Source: Centroscyllium fabricii
Lineage: Eukaryota
Reading direction: 5' to 3'
Assembly (NCBI GenBank): GCA_051313645.2
Contig: JBNRSN020000014.1
Span: 138,012,001 to 138,076,000 of the forward strand
Length of the DNA stretch: 64,000 nucleotides
The position numbers and the translations under genes are program-made. Positions within the stretch are counted from its first letter, which is position 1. Each line of letters starts with the position of its first letter. Positions 32,001 to 46,961 of this stretch are shown here, piece after piece. Under the pieces are notes generated by a model. It saw only the letters and a program-made list of their open reading frames with translations. It was not told the DNA's origin and searched no databases.

Positions 32001-32562
32001 TATCACAGCCCGATATCACACCTGATATCAAATCCCAATATCACATTCTGATATCACACCCTAATATCACAGCCCAATGTCACATCCCAATATAAAACCT
32101 CAATATCACACCCCGCTATTACCACCTGATATCACACATCAATATCACACCCAATATCACACCTAGATAGCACATGCTGATATCATACTTTGATATCACT
32201 CCCGATATCATACCTCAATATCACACTCCGATATTACACCACGCTATCACACCATGATATCACACCCGATATCACACCCGATATCACATTCGATATCACA
32301 CCCCAATAACACACATCGATATCATACCCCGATATCACACCCCGATATCACACATGATATCACCCTGATATCACACCCAGACAGCATACCCCAATTTCAC
32401 TCCCGCTATCACTCACGATATCACACCCCGATATCACACCCTGATATCACACCCCAATATCACACCCTGATATCATTCCTGATATCACACTCCGATATCA
32501 CACCCCAATATCTTTCCCAATATCACACCTGATAACACACCCTGATATCACTCCCGATATCA

Positions 32563-33439
32563 CACTTTCACTTTCACTTTCAAATAGCTTTATTGGCATG
32601 AATGGTATCAACCGTTGTTGCCAAAGCATTACAAAAATGGTACATCAATAACAATACAAACAAAATAAGTATAACATTTAACTGGACTTAGGTTAACATA
32701 CATAAGAATAATACATTCGTAGACGTACTACATAGAATAATACATTAGTAGCATTATTGACACCCGTACATTAGTTACGTACACATGTACATTTATACCC
32801 GCATATAGAGCTTGTATGCTCATCCTAGCTTCAATGTCAATGTTCACTGGTTGTCCCTCTGCTTATGGCAAGCTGTGACGTAGTTTGCCGCAAGTTTTAT
32901 ACATTCCTTCTGTTCCCCTAGTAGGTATGGGAGTTTCTGGTGGTCGGTCAAATTTTTGAATTCAGGGCATGCTGTTGCGAATTTTGGGAAGAAATTTCCC
33001 CTTATTCCCTGATAGTTTTCGCAGGTTGTGAGGAAGTGCAGCTCTGTCTCCACCACTCCCTGACTGCAGTGGGAGCACAGCCTTTCCTCTCTGGGCAGCC
33101 AAGTCTTTCTGTGTCTGCCTTTTTCGATGGCTAGGCTGTGCTCGCAAAGTCTGTACATTGTCAGCGTTTTTCTCAGTTTTCTATCTTTCACCATGGACAG
33201 GTAGTCTGCCATGGTGTACTGTCTGTTTAGGGCCAAGTAGCAATCTAGTTTGATTTGGGTTTTTGTCGTTTCTGTCCAGTAGTTCAGGTATTTTTCTTTT
33301 TGTTGAGTAATAATTGTGTTGGGTCGGATTCTGAGTGCTAGGGCGTCACTGTCCAGGGGCTGGTTGTTACCAATAGTGTTAGTGGTTTTTCCGCTAAGTT
33401 GGTTGTTAACAGTAGTGTTATTAGTAACTTCGCTAAGTC
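32563..33439 (-). mobile_element. RTEX-like LINE 3' fragment, (GAAAGT)n tail
   Basis: ORF 32844-33236 has YRL.EHSLAIEKGRH...LCSHC...ETELHFLTTC (C-terminal CCHC finger); near-identical to the 3' part of the 35795 copy. Clade is inferred. Confidence 0.85.
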
Positions 33440-35560
33440 ACACCCTGATATCACACCCCAATATCACACCCCAATATCACATTCCAATATAAAACCTCAA
33501 CATCACACATCGATATCACACCCCACTATCACATCCCGATATCACACACTCAATATTAAACCCAGACATCACACCTGATCTCACTCCTGATATCATACAC
33601 TGATATCACAGCCCGATATCACACCTGATATCTAGTCCCGATATCACATCCTGATATCACAACCAAATATCACACCCTAATGTCACATCCTGATATAAAA
33701 CCTCAATATCACAACTTGATATCACACCCCGCTATCACACCCTGATATCACACCCAATATCACACCCAGACAGCACATGCCGATATCATACTTTGATATC
33801 ACTCCCGATATCATACCTCGATATTACACACTGATATCACACCCCAATATCACACCTGATATCACACCCGATATCACATTCGATAACACACCCCAATAAC
33901 ACACATCAACATCAAACCCCGATATCAAGCTCCGATATCACACCCTGATATCACACACGATATCACACCCCGATATCACACCCAGACAGCACACCCCAAT
34001 TTCACTCCTGATATCACTCCCAATATCACACCTCGATATCATACCCAATGTCACACCTTGATATCACACCCTGATATCACACCCCGATATCACACCTGAT
34101 CTCACTCCTGATATCACGCACTGATATCACAGCCCGATATCACACCTGATATCAAATCCCGATATCACATTCTGATATCACACCCCAATATCACACCCCA
34201 ATGTCACATCCCAATATAAAACCTCAATATCACACCCCGATATCACACCCCACTATCATACCCTGATATCACACATCAATATCACACCCAATATCACACC
34301 TAGATAGCACATGCTGATATCATACATTGATATCACTCCCGATAGCATACCTCAATATCACACTCCGATATCACACCACGATATCACACACAATATCACA
34401 TCCCGATATCACACCCAGACAGCACACTCCAATTTCACTCCCGATATCACTCCCGATATCACACCCCGATATCACACCCGATGTCACACCTTGATAACAC
34501 ACCCCAATATCACACCCCAATATCATTCCTGATATCACACCCCGATATCACACCTCAATATCCAACCCCAACATCACACCCCGATATCAATCCACAATAT
34601 CACATCACATTCCCACACCCCGATATCACTCCGCGATATCACACCCCGATATCACAGTCAATATCACACCCCAACACCAAACCCAATATCAGACCTCGAT
34701 ATCACACCCCAATATCACACGCTGATATCACACACCGATATCAACCCCAATATCACACCCCAATATCACTCCCGATCTCAAACCCTAATATCACATCATG
34801 ATATCACACCCCTATATCATATATCGATATCACTCCGGAACTCACACTTCGATATCATACCCCGATATCACTCCCTACTGATATCACATGTGATATCACA
34901 CCCGAGCATCAGACCCGATATCACACTCCGATTTCACACCTAGATATCACACTCCGATGTCAGTCCCGATATCATACCTTGATATCACACTCTGATATCA
35001 CAGCCCAATATCACACCCGATATCACACCCCGATATCACATTCGATATCACACCCCAATAACAAGTCCTGATATAACACCTCAATATCATACCCTGATAT
35101 CACACCCAGATAGCATACCCCGATATCACTCCTGATATCACTCCCGATATCACTCCCGATATCACACCCAATATCAAAGCTGATGTCACACCTCGATTTC
35201 ACACCCCGATATCACACCCGATATCACACCCCGATATCATTCCTGATATCACACCCCGATTTCACACCTCGATATCACACCCCAACATCACACCCCGATA
35301 TCAATCCCCAATATCACATCACATTCTCACACCCCGATATCCCTCCTCAATATCACAACCCAATATCACACCCGATATCACACCCTGATATCAATCCCCA
35401 ATATCATATCCCATTGTCACACCCCAATATCATGCCTCGATATCACAGCCAATATCACAACCCTACATCAAACCCGATATCACACCTCGATATCACACCC
35501 CAACATCACACCCTGATATCAATCCCCAATATCACATCACATTCTCACACACCGATATCA

Positions 35561-38500
35561 ACATAGAATCATAGAAGATAGGAGCAGGAGTAGGCCATTC
35601 GGCCCTTCGAGCCTGCTCCGCCATTCAATGAGATCATGGCTGATCTTACACGTTCAGTACCCAGTCCCTGCCTTCTCCCCATATCCCTTAATCCCTTTAG
35701 CCTGAAGAAATATATCCAGTTCCCTCTTGAATATATTCAATGAACTGGCCTCCACCGCCCTCTGTGGCAAGGAATTACACAGGTTCACCACTCTTCACTT
35801 TTTCACTTTCAAATAGCTTTATTGGCATGAATGGTATCAACCGTTGTTGCCAAAGCATTACAAAAATGGTACATCAATAACAATACAAACAAAATAAGTA
35901 TAACATTTAACTGGACTTAGGTTAACATACATAAGAATAATACATTCGTAGACGTACTACATAGAATAATACATTAGTAGCATTATTGACACCCGTACAT
36001 TAGTTACGTACACATGTACATTTATACCCGCATATAGAGCTTGTATGCTCATCCTAGCTTCAATGTCAATGTTCACTGGTTGTCCCTCTGCTTATGGCAA
36101 GCTGTGACGTAGTTTGCCGCAAGTTTTATACATTCCTTCTGTTCCCCTAGTAGGTATGGGAGTTTCTGGTGGTCGGTCAAATTTTTGAATTCAGGGCATG
36201 CTGTTGCGAATTTTGGGAAGAAATTTCCCCTTATTCCCTGATAGTTTTCGCAGGTTGTGAGGAAGTGCAGCTCTGTCTCCACCACTCCCTGACTGCAGTG
36301 GGAGCACAGCCTTTCCTCTCTGGGCAGCCAAGTCTTTCTGTGTCTGCCTTTTTCGATGGCTAGGCTGTGCTCGCAAAGTCTGTACATTGTCAGCGTTTTT
36401 CTCAGTTTTCTATCTTTCACCATGGACAGGTAGTCTGCCATGGTGTACTGTCTGTTTAGGGCCAAGTAGCAATCTAGTTTGATTTGGGTTTTTGTCGTTT
36501 CTGCCCAGTAGTTCAGGTATTTTTCTTTTTGTTGAGTAATAATTGTGTTGGGTCGGATTCTGAGTGCTAGGGCGTCACTGTCCAGGGGCTGGTTGTTACC
36601 AATAGTGTTAGTGGTTTTTCCGCTAAGTTGGTTGTTAACAGTAGTGTTATTAGTAACTTCGCTAAGTCCTAGGACTAGTTGGTTGATGGGACTTCTTTTT
36701 ATGTTCGCTTCTTGGCATTTCAGGGCTTTGTAGTGGTAACTGTGAGGGTTGCTCAGTTTTAGGTGTTTCCAGAATTTGATTGCTCTTTTTTGGATTTTAA
36801 ATAGTAGTGGATATTGGCCTAACTCTGCCCTGCATGCATTGTTTGTGGTTTTCCTCTGAGTCCGAAGGATACTCTTACAGAACTCAGCATGCAGGGTCTC
36901 AATTGGGTGTTTGTCCCATTTTGCAAAATCTTGGTGTGATAGCAGACCCCACACCTCGCTGCCATAAAGTGCAATTGGTTCAATTACAGAGTTAAAGATT
37001 TTGATCCAGATGCCCGGTGGAATGTCTATTTGGATTGTCTTCTTAATGGCATAGAATGCCCTTCTCGCTTTCTCTTTCAGTTCGTTCACGGCCAAGTGAA
37101 AATTTCCCGTGGAGCTGATTTTTAACCCTAAGTATGTGTAGTTTGTAGTTTGTTCAATTAGTGTTGCTCCTAGTGTGTAGTTTGTTTTGGTTCCCTGATG
37201 TTTGGTTCTTTGCTGGAATACAAGAACCTTGGATTTTTTGGGGTTTATTTTCAATGCCCAATTCTGGCAGAATGACTCTAACCGATCGAGGTTCTGTTGT
37301 AGACCCTCCTCTGTCGGTGACAGTAGGACTAGATCATCTGCATACAGGAGGAATTTGACCTCGGAGTCATGTAGGTCGAGGCCCGGTGCTGTAGATTGTT
37401 CCAGTGTTTTTGCCAGTTCATTTATATAGATGTTAAAAAGAGTTGGTGAGATAGATGAGCCCTGTGCCACGCCACGTCTCTGTGGGAAGTATTTTGTTTG
37501 TTTATCTCCGATTTTAACTGCACATTTGTTTCCTGTGTGAAGAATTTCCTCCTCATCTCAGTCCTACAAGGCTTACCCCTTATCCTTAGACTATGCCCCC
37601 TGGTTCTCGACTCCCCGGCCATCGGAAACATCCTTTCTGCATCTAACCTGTCCAAGCCTGACAGAATTTTATAAGTCTCGATGAGATCCCCTCTTAATCT
37701 TCTAAACTCCAGCGAGTATAAGCCCAGACTACACAATCTCTCCTCATAAGTCATTCCTGCCATCCCAGGTATCAGCCTGGTGAATCATCGCTGTACTCCC
37801 TCCATGGCAAGAACATCCTTCCTCAGATGCGGCGACCAAAACTGCACACAATACTCAAGGTATGGCCTCACCAAGACCCTGTACAGCTGCAGCAAGACAT
37901 CCCTATTCCTATACTCAAACCCTCTTGATATAAAGGCCAACTGGTGCACAAGAACACCCAAATCTCTTTGCACTTCCCCATCTCCCAATCTATTGCCGTT
38001 CAAATAATACTCTGCCTTTCTGTTTTTGCTACCAAAGTGGATAACCTCACATTTATCCACATTATAGTGCATTTGCCATGTGTTCGCCCAATCCCCCAAT
38101 CTGTCCAGGTCGCTCTGGAGCTTCCCGACATCCTCCTCAGAGCATACTCCCCCTCCAAGCTTAGTGTCATCTGCGAATTTGGAGATGTTACATCCAATTC
38201 CCTCATCCAGGTCATTAATATATATTGTGAACAGCTGGGGTCCCAGTACCGACCCCTGTGGTACCCCACTAGTCACTGCCCGCCAATCAGAAAATGACCT
38301 GTTTATCCCAACTCTCTGTTTTCTATCTGCCAACCAGTTCTCTATCCACGCCAATACCTTGCCCCCAATCCCATGAGCCTTAATTTTGCCTGCCAATCTC
38401 CTATGAGGGACCTTGTCAAAGGCTTTCTGGAAGTCCAGATAAACCACATCTACTGGCTCTCCCCTATCTATTTTATCGGTTACATCCTCGAAGAATTCCA

Positions 38501-39330
38501 ATAGATTAGTCAAGCACGATTTACCTTTTGTAAATCCATGTTGACTGTGTCCGATCCCATCACTCTTAGTCAAGTGATCTGCTATTACGTCCTTAATAAT
38601 GGACTCTAGCATTTTGCCCACAACCGATGTAAGGCTTACCGGTCTATAATTCACCGCCTTCTCTCTACCCCCTTTTTGAATAGTGCGGTAACATTAGCTA
38701 CCCTCCAATCCCTGGGCACCATTCCAGAGTCTACTGAGTTCTGGAAAATGATCCTCAAAGCATCTGATATCTCCAGGGCCACTTCCTTAAGCACCCTAGG
38801 ATGCAGATTATTAGGCCCTGGCGATTTGTCGGCCTTTAATCCTTTCAATTTCCCGGACACCATATCCTTAGAGATATCGATTTCTTTCAGTTCCTCCCTC
38901 TCATTAGTCCCTATGTTTCCCGACATCTCTGGGAGGCTATTTGTGTCCTCCTCCGTGAAGACAGAACCAAAATATGAATTTAATTGGTCCGCCATTTCCT
39001 TGTTCCCCATTATATAATCTCCTGATTCAGACTGCAGGCGCCCGACTCTGGATTTCACCAGTCTCTTCCTTTTAATGTATCTGTAAAAGGTTTTGCAGTC
39101 AGTTTTTATGTTTGCCGCAAGCCTTCTTTCGTAATCTATTTTCCCCTTCTTAATTAATCCCTTTGTCCTCCTTTGCTGTATCCTGAATTGTTCCCAATCT
39201 TCAGGTTTGCTGCTTTTTTTGGCCAGTTGATACGCCCTTTCTTTGGTTTTTATGTTATCCCTAATTTCCCGTGTTATCCACGGTTGAGTCACCTTTTTGG
39301 TTTATTTTATTCCAAACTGGTATAAACAAG
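35561..39330 (-). mobile_element. CR1 (HER1-type tail) LINE, 5'-truncated, split by an RTEX-like insertion
   Basis: Tail 35561-35794 matches the SINE tail; RT ORFs 37785-38654 and 38651-39292 (NYRPVSLTS, DFQKAFDKV, KFADDTKL). Sequence rejoins as ttcaccactct|ctgtgtgaag across the insertion. Confidence 0.93.
35795..37532 (-). mobile_element. RTEX-like LINE, 5'-truncated, with uninterrupted 465-aa RT C-terminal frame
   Basis: ORF 36073-37470: QGSSISPTLFNIYIN, LLYADD, YTYLG, ALYGSEVWG, CRAELG, CCHC finger; aataaa and (GAAAGT)n tail. Confidence 0.9.
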
Positions 39331-41027
39331 CCTCGATATCACAACCCAATATCACACCCGATATCACACCCCGATATCAATCCCCAATATCACATCGCAT
39401 TGTCACACCCCGATATTACGCCTCGATATGACAGCCGATGTCACACCCCAACATCATGCCTGATATCACAGCTCGATATCACAGCCCGATATCACACCCT
39501 AATATCACACCCTGATATCACACACCAATATCACACCCCGATATCACATTTGATATCACACCCCAATAACAAGTCCCAATATATCACCTCAATATCACAC
39601 CCCAATATTACACCCAGATAGCACACCCCGATATCACTCCTGATATCACACCCGAAATCACACCCGATATCACACCTTGATATCGCACCCCAATATCACA
39701 CCCGATATCACACCCCAATATCATTCCCAATATCACACCCCGATACCACAGTCAATATCACACTCCAACATCAAACCCGATATCAGACCTCGATATCACA
39801 CCCCGATATCACATATCGATATCACACACTGATATCAACCCCGATATCACACCCCGATATCACTCCCGATCTCAAACCCTAATATCACATCCTGATATCA
39901 CACCCCTATATCATATAGCGATATGACTCCTGAACTCACACCTCAATATCATACCCCGATATCAAACCCGATATCACTCCCTAATATCACTACTGATATC
40001 ACAAGTGATATCACACCCGAGCATCACACCTGATATCACACTCCGATTTCACACCCAGATATCACACTCCAATGTCACTCCCGATATCATACCTTGATAT
40101 CACAGCCCAAAATCACACCCGATATCATACCTCGATATCACATTCAATATCACACCCCAATAACAAGTCCCGATATAACACCTCAATATCACACCCCGAT
40201 ATCACACCCAGATAGCACACCCTGATATCACTCCTGATATCACACCTGAAATCACACCCGATATCACACCTCGATATCACACCCCAATATCACAGCCCAA
40301 TATCATTCCCAATATCACACCCCGATATCACACCCCAATATCACAGCCCAATATCATTCCCAATATCACACCCTGATATCACACCCCAACATTGCACCCC
40401 AATACCACACCCGATATCACAGCCTGATATCATGCCCCGACATCTTTCCCAATATCACAACCGGTTATCACACCCCAATATCACACCACAATATTACACC
40501 CCAATATCACACTCGATATCACACAAAAATAACACACATCAATATCAAACCCCAATAGAAAGCTCCGATATCGCACCTCAATATCGCACCCCAATATCAC
40601 ACCCTGATATCACACCTCAATATCTTTCCAAATATCACACCCTGATAGGACTCCCGATATCACACACTGATATCACAGCCCAATATCACACCTGATATCA
40701 CATCCCAATATCACACCCTGATATCACACACCAATATCACACTCCAATATCACATCCCATTATAAAACCTCGATATCACACCTCATTATCACACCCCGCT
40801 ATCACACCCCAATATCACACATCGATATCACACCCAATATCAAACCCAGACAGCACATGCCGATATCATACTTTGATATCACTCCCAATATCATACCTCG
40901 ATATCACACTCCGATATCACACCCCGATATCACACCTGATATCACACACAATATCACATTTGATAACACACCCCAATAACACACATCAATATCAAACCCC
41001 GATATCGAGCTCCAATATCACACCCTG

Positions 41028-42113
41028 TGTCACAGATGGGAATTCCCCTTTAAGGAATCCATTTTGATTTCTATGTTTTTGTTCTCTGTTTGGTATCTTG
41101 TTTTCCTGTTAATATAGCCTGTTGAACCTCACATACCTGTGTGTTCCTCGTTCTCTATGCCTGCACCTTATTGGTTAGCACTAATCTATCCAGTTGCTTG
41201 ATCGGCTTATAAGCTGGGTGCTGAGACCAGGGAGTTGCCGGATCATTACTACTTTATACTACCAAGTAGCTTGTAACAACTTTGCAGTACTAGGACACAC
41301 AGAGGTGCTGTTCTAGATCCGTGGGAGGCAGTGAGCTGGTGGATATGGATTTCTCCTTCTGACGACTCTGGTAGAGTGAGTCCCTGCTGAAGGGCGGACT
41401 CTGGAAGTTTCCTAAATTCTACATTCTGGACACTGTTCTCGATCACCTGAACTCAGGTTTGGACATTCCATTTATACATTATGGACATTGCTCGTTATGA
41501 TCTGAACTCTGGAGCTCCGATGGAGGCTGTGTTGGTAGGGCGTTTCCCTGCTAGTGAATAATGGATTTCTCCTTCTGAAAACTCTGGTAGAGTGAGTCCC
41601 TGCTGTAGGGCGGACTCTGGGAGAGTTCCATTTCTTATTCTGGACATTGCTTTCTATTACCGGAACTCAGATATTGGACATTTCATTTCTACTGCAATGA
41701 GGTCTTTTCTGTAAGTAGGATGCTCTTTGCCGAGTGTCCTGGGAGTTTGGAATAAGGCTTGTTTCCAACTTCACAGAGGAAAACTATATCCAGGGAAGCT
41801 CTTGGCCGAGTGTCCTGGGGGTACAGTTGGACATTGTTTGCAATTACCTGTACTCAGTATTGGACTTTTCATTACTACTACATAGGAGGCCCTTTCTGTT
41901 ATTAGGATGCTCTTTCCTGAGTGTCCCGAGGGTTCAGTTTCTGTATTAAGCTTGTGCCAGTTTTCAGTGGAAGACTTGTTTTTTATGTTATATATTTTGT
42001 ATGTATGGATGTAGTTGATTATGTTTTCTGCATTTTATATTAAATAAAGGAGTTCTAGCTCTAGACAGCAGTTTTCAGTGTCTCGCATTTGGGCCCCACA
42101 CCCAAACGTTACA
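41028..42113 (+). mobile_element. Solo LTR (1086 bp)
   Basis: TGTCAC...GTTACA termini, 5-bp TSD CCCTG, aataaa at ~42043, internal ~60-bp direct repeat near 41343 and 41559. Confidence 0.9.
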
Positions 42114-42759
42114 CCCTGATATCACACACGATATCACAACCCGATATCACACCCAGACAGCACACCCCAATTTCACTCCTGATATCACTACCGATATCAC
42201 AACCCGATATCATATTCGATATCACACACCAATAACAAGTCCTGATATAACACCCCAATATCACACACCGATATCACACACAATAACACATCCTGATAAC
42301 ACACCCAGATAGCACACCCTGATTTCACTCCTGATATCACACCCGATATCATACCTGATATCACACCTCGATATCACACCCCAATATCACACCTGATATC
42401 ACACCCCAATATCATTCCCGATATCACACCCCCATATCACACCATGATATCACACCACCATGTCACACCCTGATATCACACCCCAACATCACACCCCAAT
42501 ACCACAATCAATATCACGCCCTGATATCACACCCTGATATCATGCCCTAATATCTTTCCCAATATCACACCTGATATCACACCCCAATATTACTCTCGAT
42601 ATCACACCCCAATATCACTCTCGATATCACACACTGATATGACACCCCGATATCAAACCGCAACATCACACACAGATATCACACCCGATATCAAACCCGA
42701 TATCACACCTCAATATCACACCTCGATATCACACCTCGATATCACACCCCGATATCTTT

Positions 42760-43690
42760 CCACTATTAATTAATATCCAAAAAAGAGCCATCAAATTCTG
42801 GAAACATCTAAAACTGAGCAACCCCCACAGCTATCACTACAAAGCCCTGAAATGCCAAGAAGTGAACATAAAGAGAAGTCCCCTCAGTCAACTGGTCCTG
42901 GGACTTAGCGAAGTAACTACTAACACCATTGGTAACAACCAACTTAGGGAAGTAACTACTAACACTATTGGTAACAACCAGCCCCAGGACAGTGACATCC
43001 TAGCACTCAGAATCCCACCCAACACAATTATTACTAAACAAAAAGAAAAATACTTGAATTACTGGACAGAAATGACAAAAACCCAAAACAAACTCGATTG
43101 TTATTTGGCCCTAAACAGACAGTACACCATGGCTGATTACCTGACCATGGTGAAAGATAGCAAACTGAGAAAAACTCTGACAATGTATAGACTTAGTGAG
43201 CACAGCCTAGCCATAGAAAAAGGCAGACACAGAAAGACTTGGCTGCCCAGAGAGGAAAGGCTGTGCTCCAACTGCAATCAGGGAGTGGTGGAGACAGAGC
43301 TGCATTTCCTCACAACTTGCGAAAACTATCAGGACATAAGGGGAAATTTCTACCCAAATTTTGTAACAACATGCTCTGAATTCAAAAATTTGAATGACCA
43401 CCAAAAAAAACCATATCTATTGGGGGAACAGAGGGACTGTATAAAATTAGTGGCAAACTACGTCACAGCTTGCCATAAGCAGAGGGACAACCAGTGACCA
43501 CTGAAGCTAGGAAGAGCATATGAGATCTACATGCGGGTATATATGTATGTGTCTGCATAGTTATCCATTCACTATGTCTAGTTATGCATTTGTATGTCCA
43601 ATTGTATATGTCCTTTTTCTGTGCTTTGGCAACATAAGATGTATCTTGTCATGCCAATAAAGCAATTTGAATTGAATTGAATTGAATTGA
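42760..43690 (+). mobile_element. RTEX-like LINE 3' fragment, (GAATT)n tail subfamily
   Basis: ORF 42862-43497 homologous to 36073-37470; aataaa then ttgaattgaattgaattgaattga. Confidence 0.87.
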
Positions 43691-46600
43691 TATCATTGCC
43701 AATCTCACACCTCGATATCACACCCAGATATCACACCCAGATATCACATTTGATATCATGCCCCAATAACACACACAATATCACACCCCAATATCACACC
43801 AAGACAGCATACCCCGAATTCATTTCAGATATCACTCCCGATATCACACCCAATGTCACACCTCAGTATCACACCCTGATATCACACCCGATATCCCACC
43901 CCGATATCCTTCCTGATATCCCACCACGATATCACACCACAATATCACACCCCAATATCACACCCAAAATCACAGCCCGATACCACACCACGATATCACA
44001 CCCCAATATCACACCCAAAATCACACCCCGATATCACACCCCGAATTCACACCGCGATATCACGCTCTGATAACTTTCCCGATATCACACCTGATATCGC
44101 ACCGCGATATCACTCCCGATATCACTCCCGATATCACACCCTGATATCACACCCCGATATCACACCCCGATATCACACCCCAATATCACACTCCAATATC
44201 ACACTCCAATATCTTTCCCGATATCACACCTGATATCACAACCCGATATCACACCTGATATCATACACTGATATCACAGCCCGATTTCACACCTGATATC
44301 ACACCCCGATATCGCATCCCGATATCACACCCCGATATCACACCTCAATATCACATCCCTATATAACACCTCAATATCACACCTCGATATCACACCCCAC
44401 TATCACACCCTGATATCACACATTTATATCACACCCAACATCACACCCTGATATCACACGCCGATATCATATTTTGATATCACTCCCGATATCACACTCC
44501 GATAACACACCCTGATATCACACCATGATATCACACCCCGATATCATGCTGTGATATCACACCCTGGTAACACACACCAAAATCACTCAGGATATCACAC
44601 CCCAATATAACACCCGATATCACATCCCAATATCACACCTGATATCACACCCCATGATCAATCCCAATTTCACTCCTGATATCACACCCAATATCCCAAC
44701 CCAATGTCACACCCTGATATCACACCTGATATCACACCTCGATATAAGACCCCAATATCACAGCCCAACATCACACCCTTTTATCACATCCTGAAATCAC
44801 ACCCAAACATCACTCCCCGATATCACATCCTGATATCACACCTTGATATCACAGCCCAATATCACACCCGGTATCACATGCCAATATCACACCTGATATC
44901 ACACCCCGATATCACAACCCGATATCACACTTCGACATCACGCCCAATATCACAATCTGTTTTCACACCTCAATATCACACTCCGATATCACACCCCGAT
45001 ATCATACCCGATAGCACACCTGATATAAGAGCCCGCTATCACACCTGATATCATTCCTGATATCACTCCCGATATCCCACCCTGATATCACACCCAATCT
45101 CACAATCCAATATCACACCTCGAAATCACATCCCGATATCACACCCCGATATCACACCCAATAGCACACCCGATATAACACCCCGATATCATACCTCAAT
45201 ATCAATCGTGATATCACGCCTGATATCACTCCCAATATCACACCCTGTTATCACACCCTTATATCACACCTCAATATCACACCCCGATATCACACCTGAT
45301 ATAATTCCTGATATCACACCCAATATCCCACCCCAATATCACACCCAATATCACAATGCAATATCACACCTCGATATCACATCCCAATATCACACCCAGA
45401 TATCATACCCAATAGCACACCCGATATAACACCCCGATTTCACACCCGATATCATACCTCAATATCACTTGCGATATCACACCAGATATCACACCCGATA
45501 TCACACCCTGATATCACTCCCCAATATCACACCCGATATCACTCCCAAAATCACAGTCTGATATCACCCCTTGATACCACACCCTAATATCACACATTGA
45601 TATCACTCCCAATATCACACCCCAATGTCACACCCCAATATCAAACCCCGATATCAAAGTGATATCACACCATGATATAACACGCCAATATCGCACCCCA
45701 ATATCACACCCCGATACTACACTTCGATTTCACACCTCGCTATCACACCTCAACATCACACTCCAATATTGCACACGATATCACACCCAGATACCACACT
45801 TTGATATCGCACCCCATGTCACACTCCAATATCACACCCCGATGTCACACCCCAATATCACACCCAGCTATCACACCTCAATATCACACCTTGATAGCTC
45901 ACCGCAATATCACACCCAATGACACACCTCGATATCACACCCGATATCACACCCTGATATCACACCCTGATATCACACCCAATATCACACCCTGATATCA
46001 CACCCCTATATCGCACCCCATATCACAACACGATATCACACTCTGATATTAATCCCAATATCATGCCCAGTATCACACCTGATATCACACCCCAATATCA
46101 CACCCCAATATCACACCTCGATATCACAGCCCGATACCACACCTCGATATCAGACCCGATATCACTCCCTGATATCATACCTTGATATCACTCTCGATAT
46201 CACACCCCAACGTCACACCTCAATATCACACCCTGATGTCACACCTCAATATCACACACTAACATCAAACCGCGATATCATTCCTGATAGCACACCATTA
46301 TATCACAAGCTGATATCACACTGCAATATCCCACCCCGATATCACAGCCCAATATCACACACTGACATCACACACCGATAACACTCCCGATATCACACCC
46401 TGATATCACACACAGATATCACACTCCGATATCACACCCTGATATCTTTCCCAATATCACACCCCAATATCACTTCCGGTATCACACACTGATATCACAC
46501 CCCAACATCATACCATGATATCACTCCCGATATCGAAACCCGATATCACACCCTGATATCACACCCCAATATCTTTGCCGGTATCACACCCCGATATTAC

Positions 46601-46961
46601 TCCCGATACCACAGACTGATATCACACCCCGATATCACACCCGATATCACACCTCACTATCACACCCTGATATCACACCTTGATATCGCATCCCAATATC
46701 ACATCCTGATATCAAACTTGATACCACACCCCGATATCAAACCCGATATTACTCCCGATATCACAGCCCAATCTAACCCATTGATACCACATCATGATAT
46801 CACACCTCGATATCAATCCCGATATCACATATCGATGTCACACCCCAATATCACGCCCCAATATCACACCCTGATATCAAACCCGATATCACACCATGAT
46901 ATCACACCCCAATATCGCACCCTGATATCACACCCCGATATCACACTTCGATATCACACCC

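Larger units (their letters stand above)
14199..46961. repeat. Main satellite array (mixed 12/13-bp units) with higher-order duplications, interrupted by the insertions listed separately
   Basis: Tandem GATATCACACCCC variants; identical or near-identical translated blocks at 22173, 28483 and 30403 and at 22674, 28997 and 30917. Confidence 0.97.

Noticed and set aside
37422-37763. 113-aa ORF
   Set aside because: Chimeric reading across the CR1/RTEX-like junction.
14199-46961. CRISPR-like or other prokaryotic repeat array
   Set aside because: Units are contiguous with no unique spacers, there are no cas genes, and the context is vertebrate transposons.
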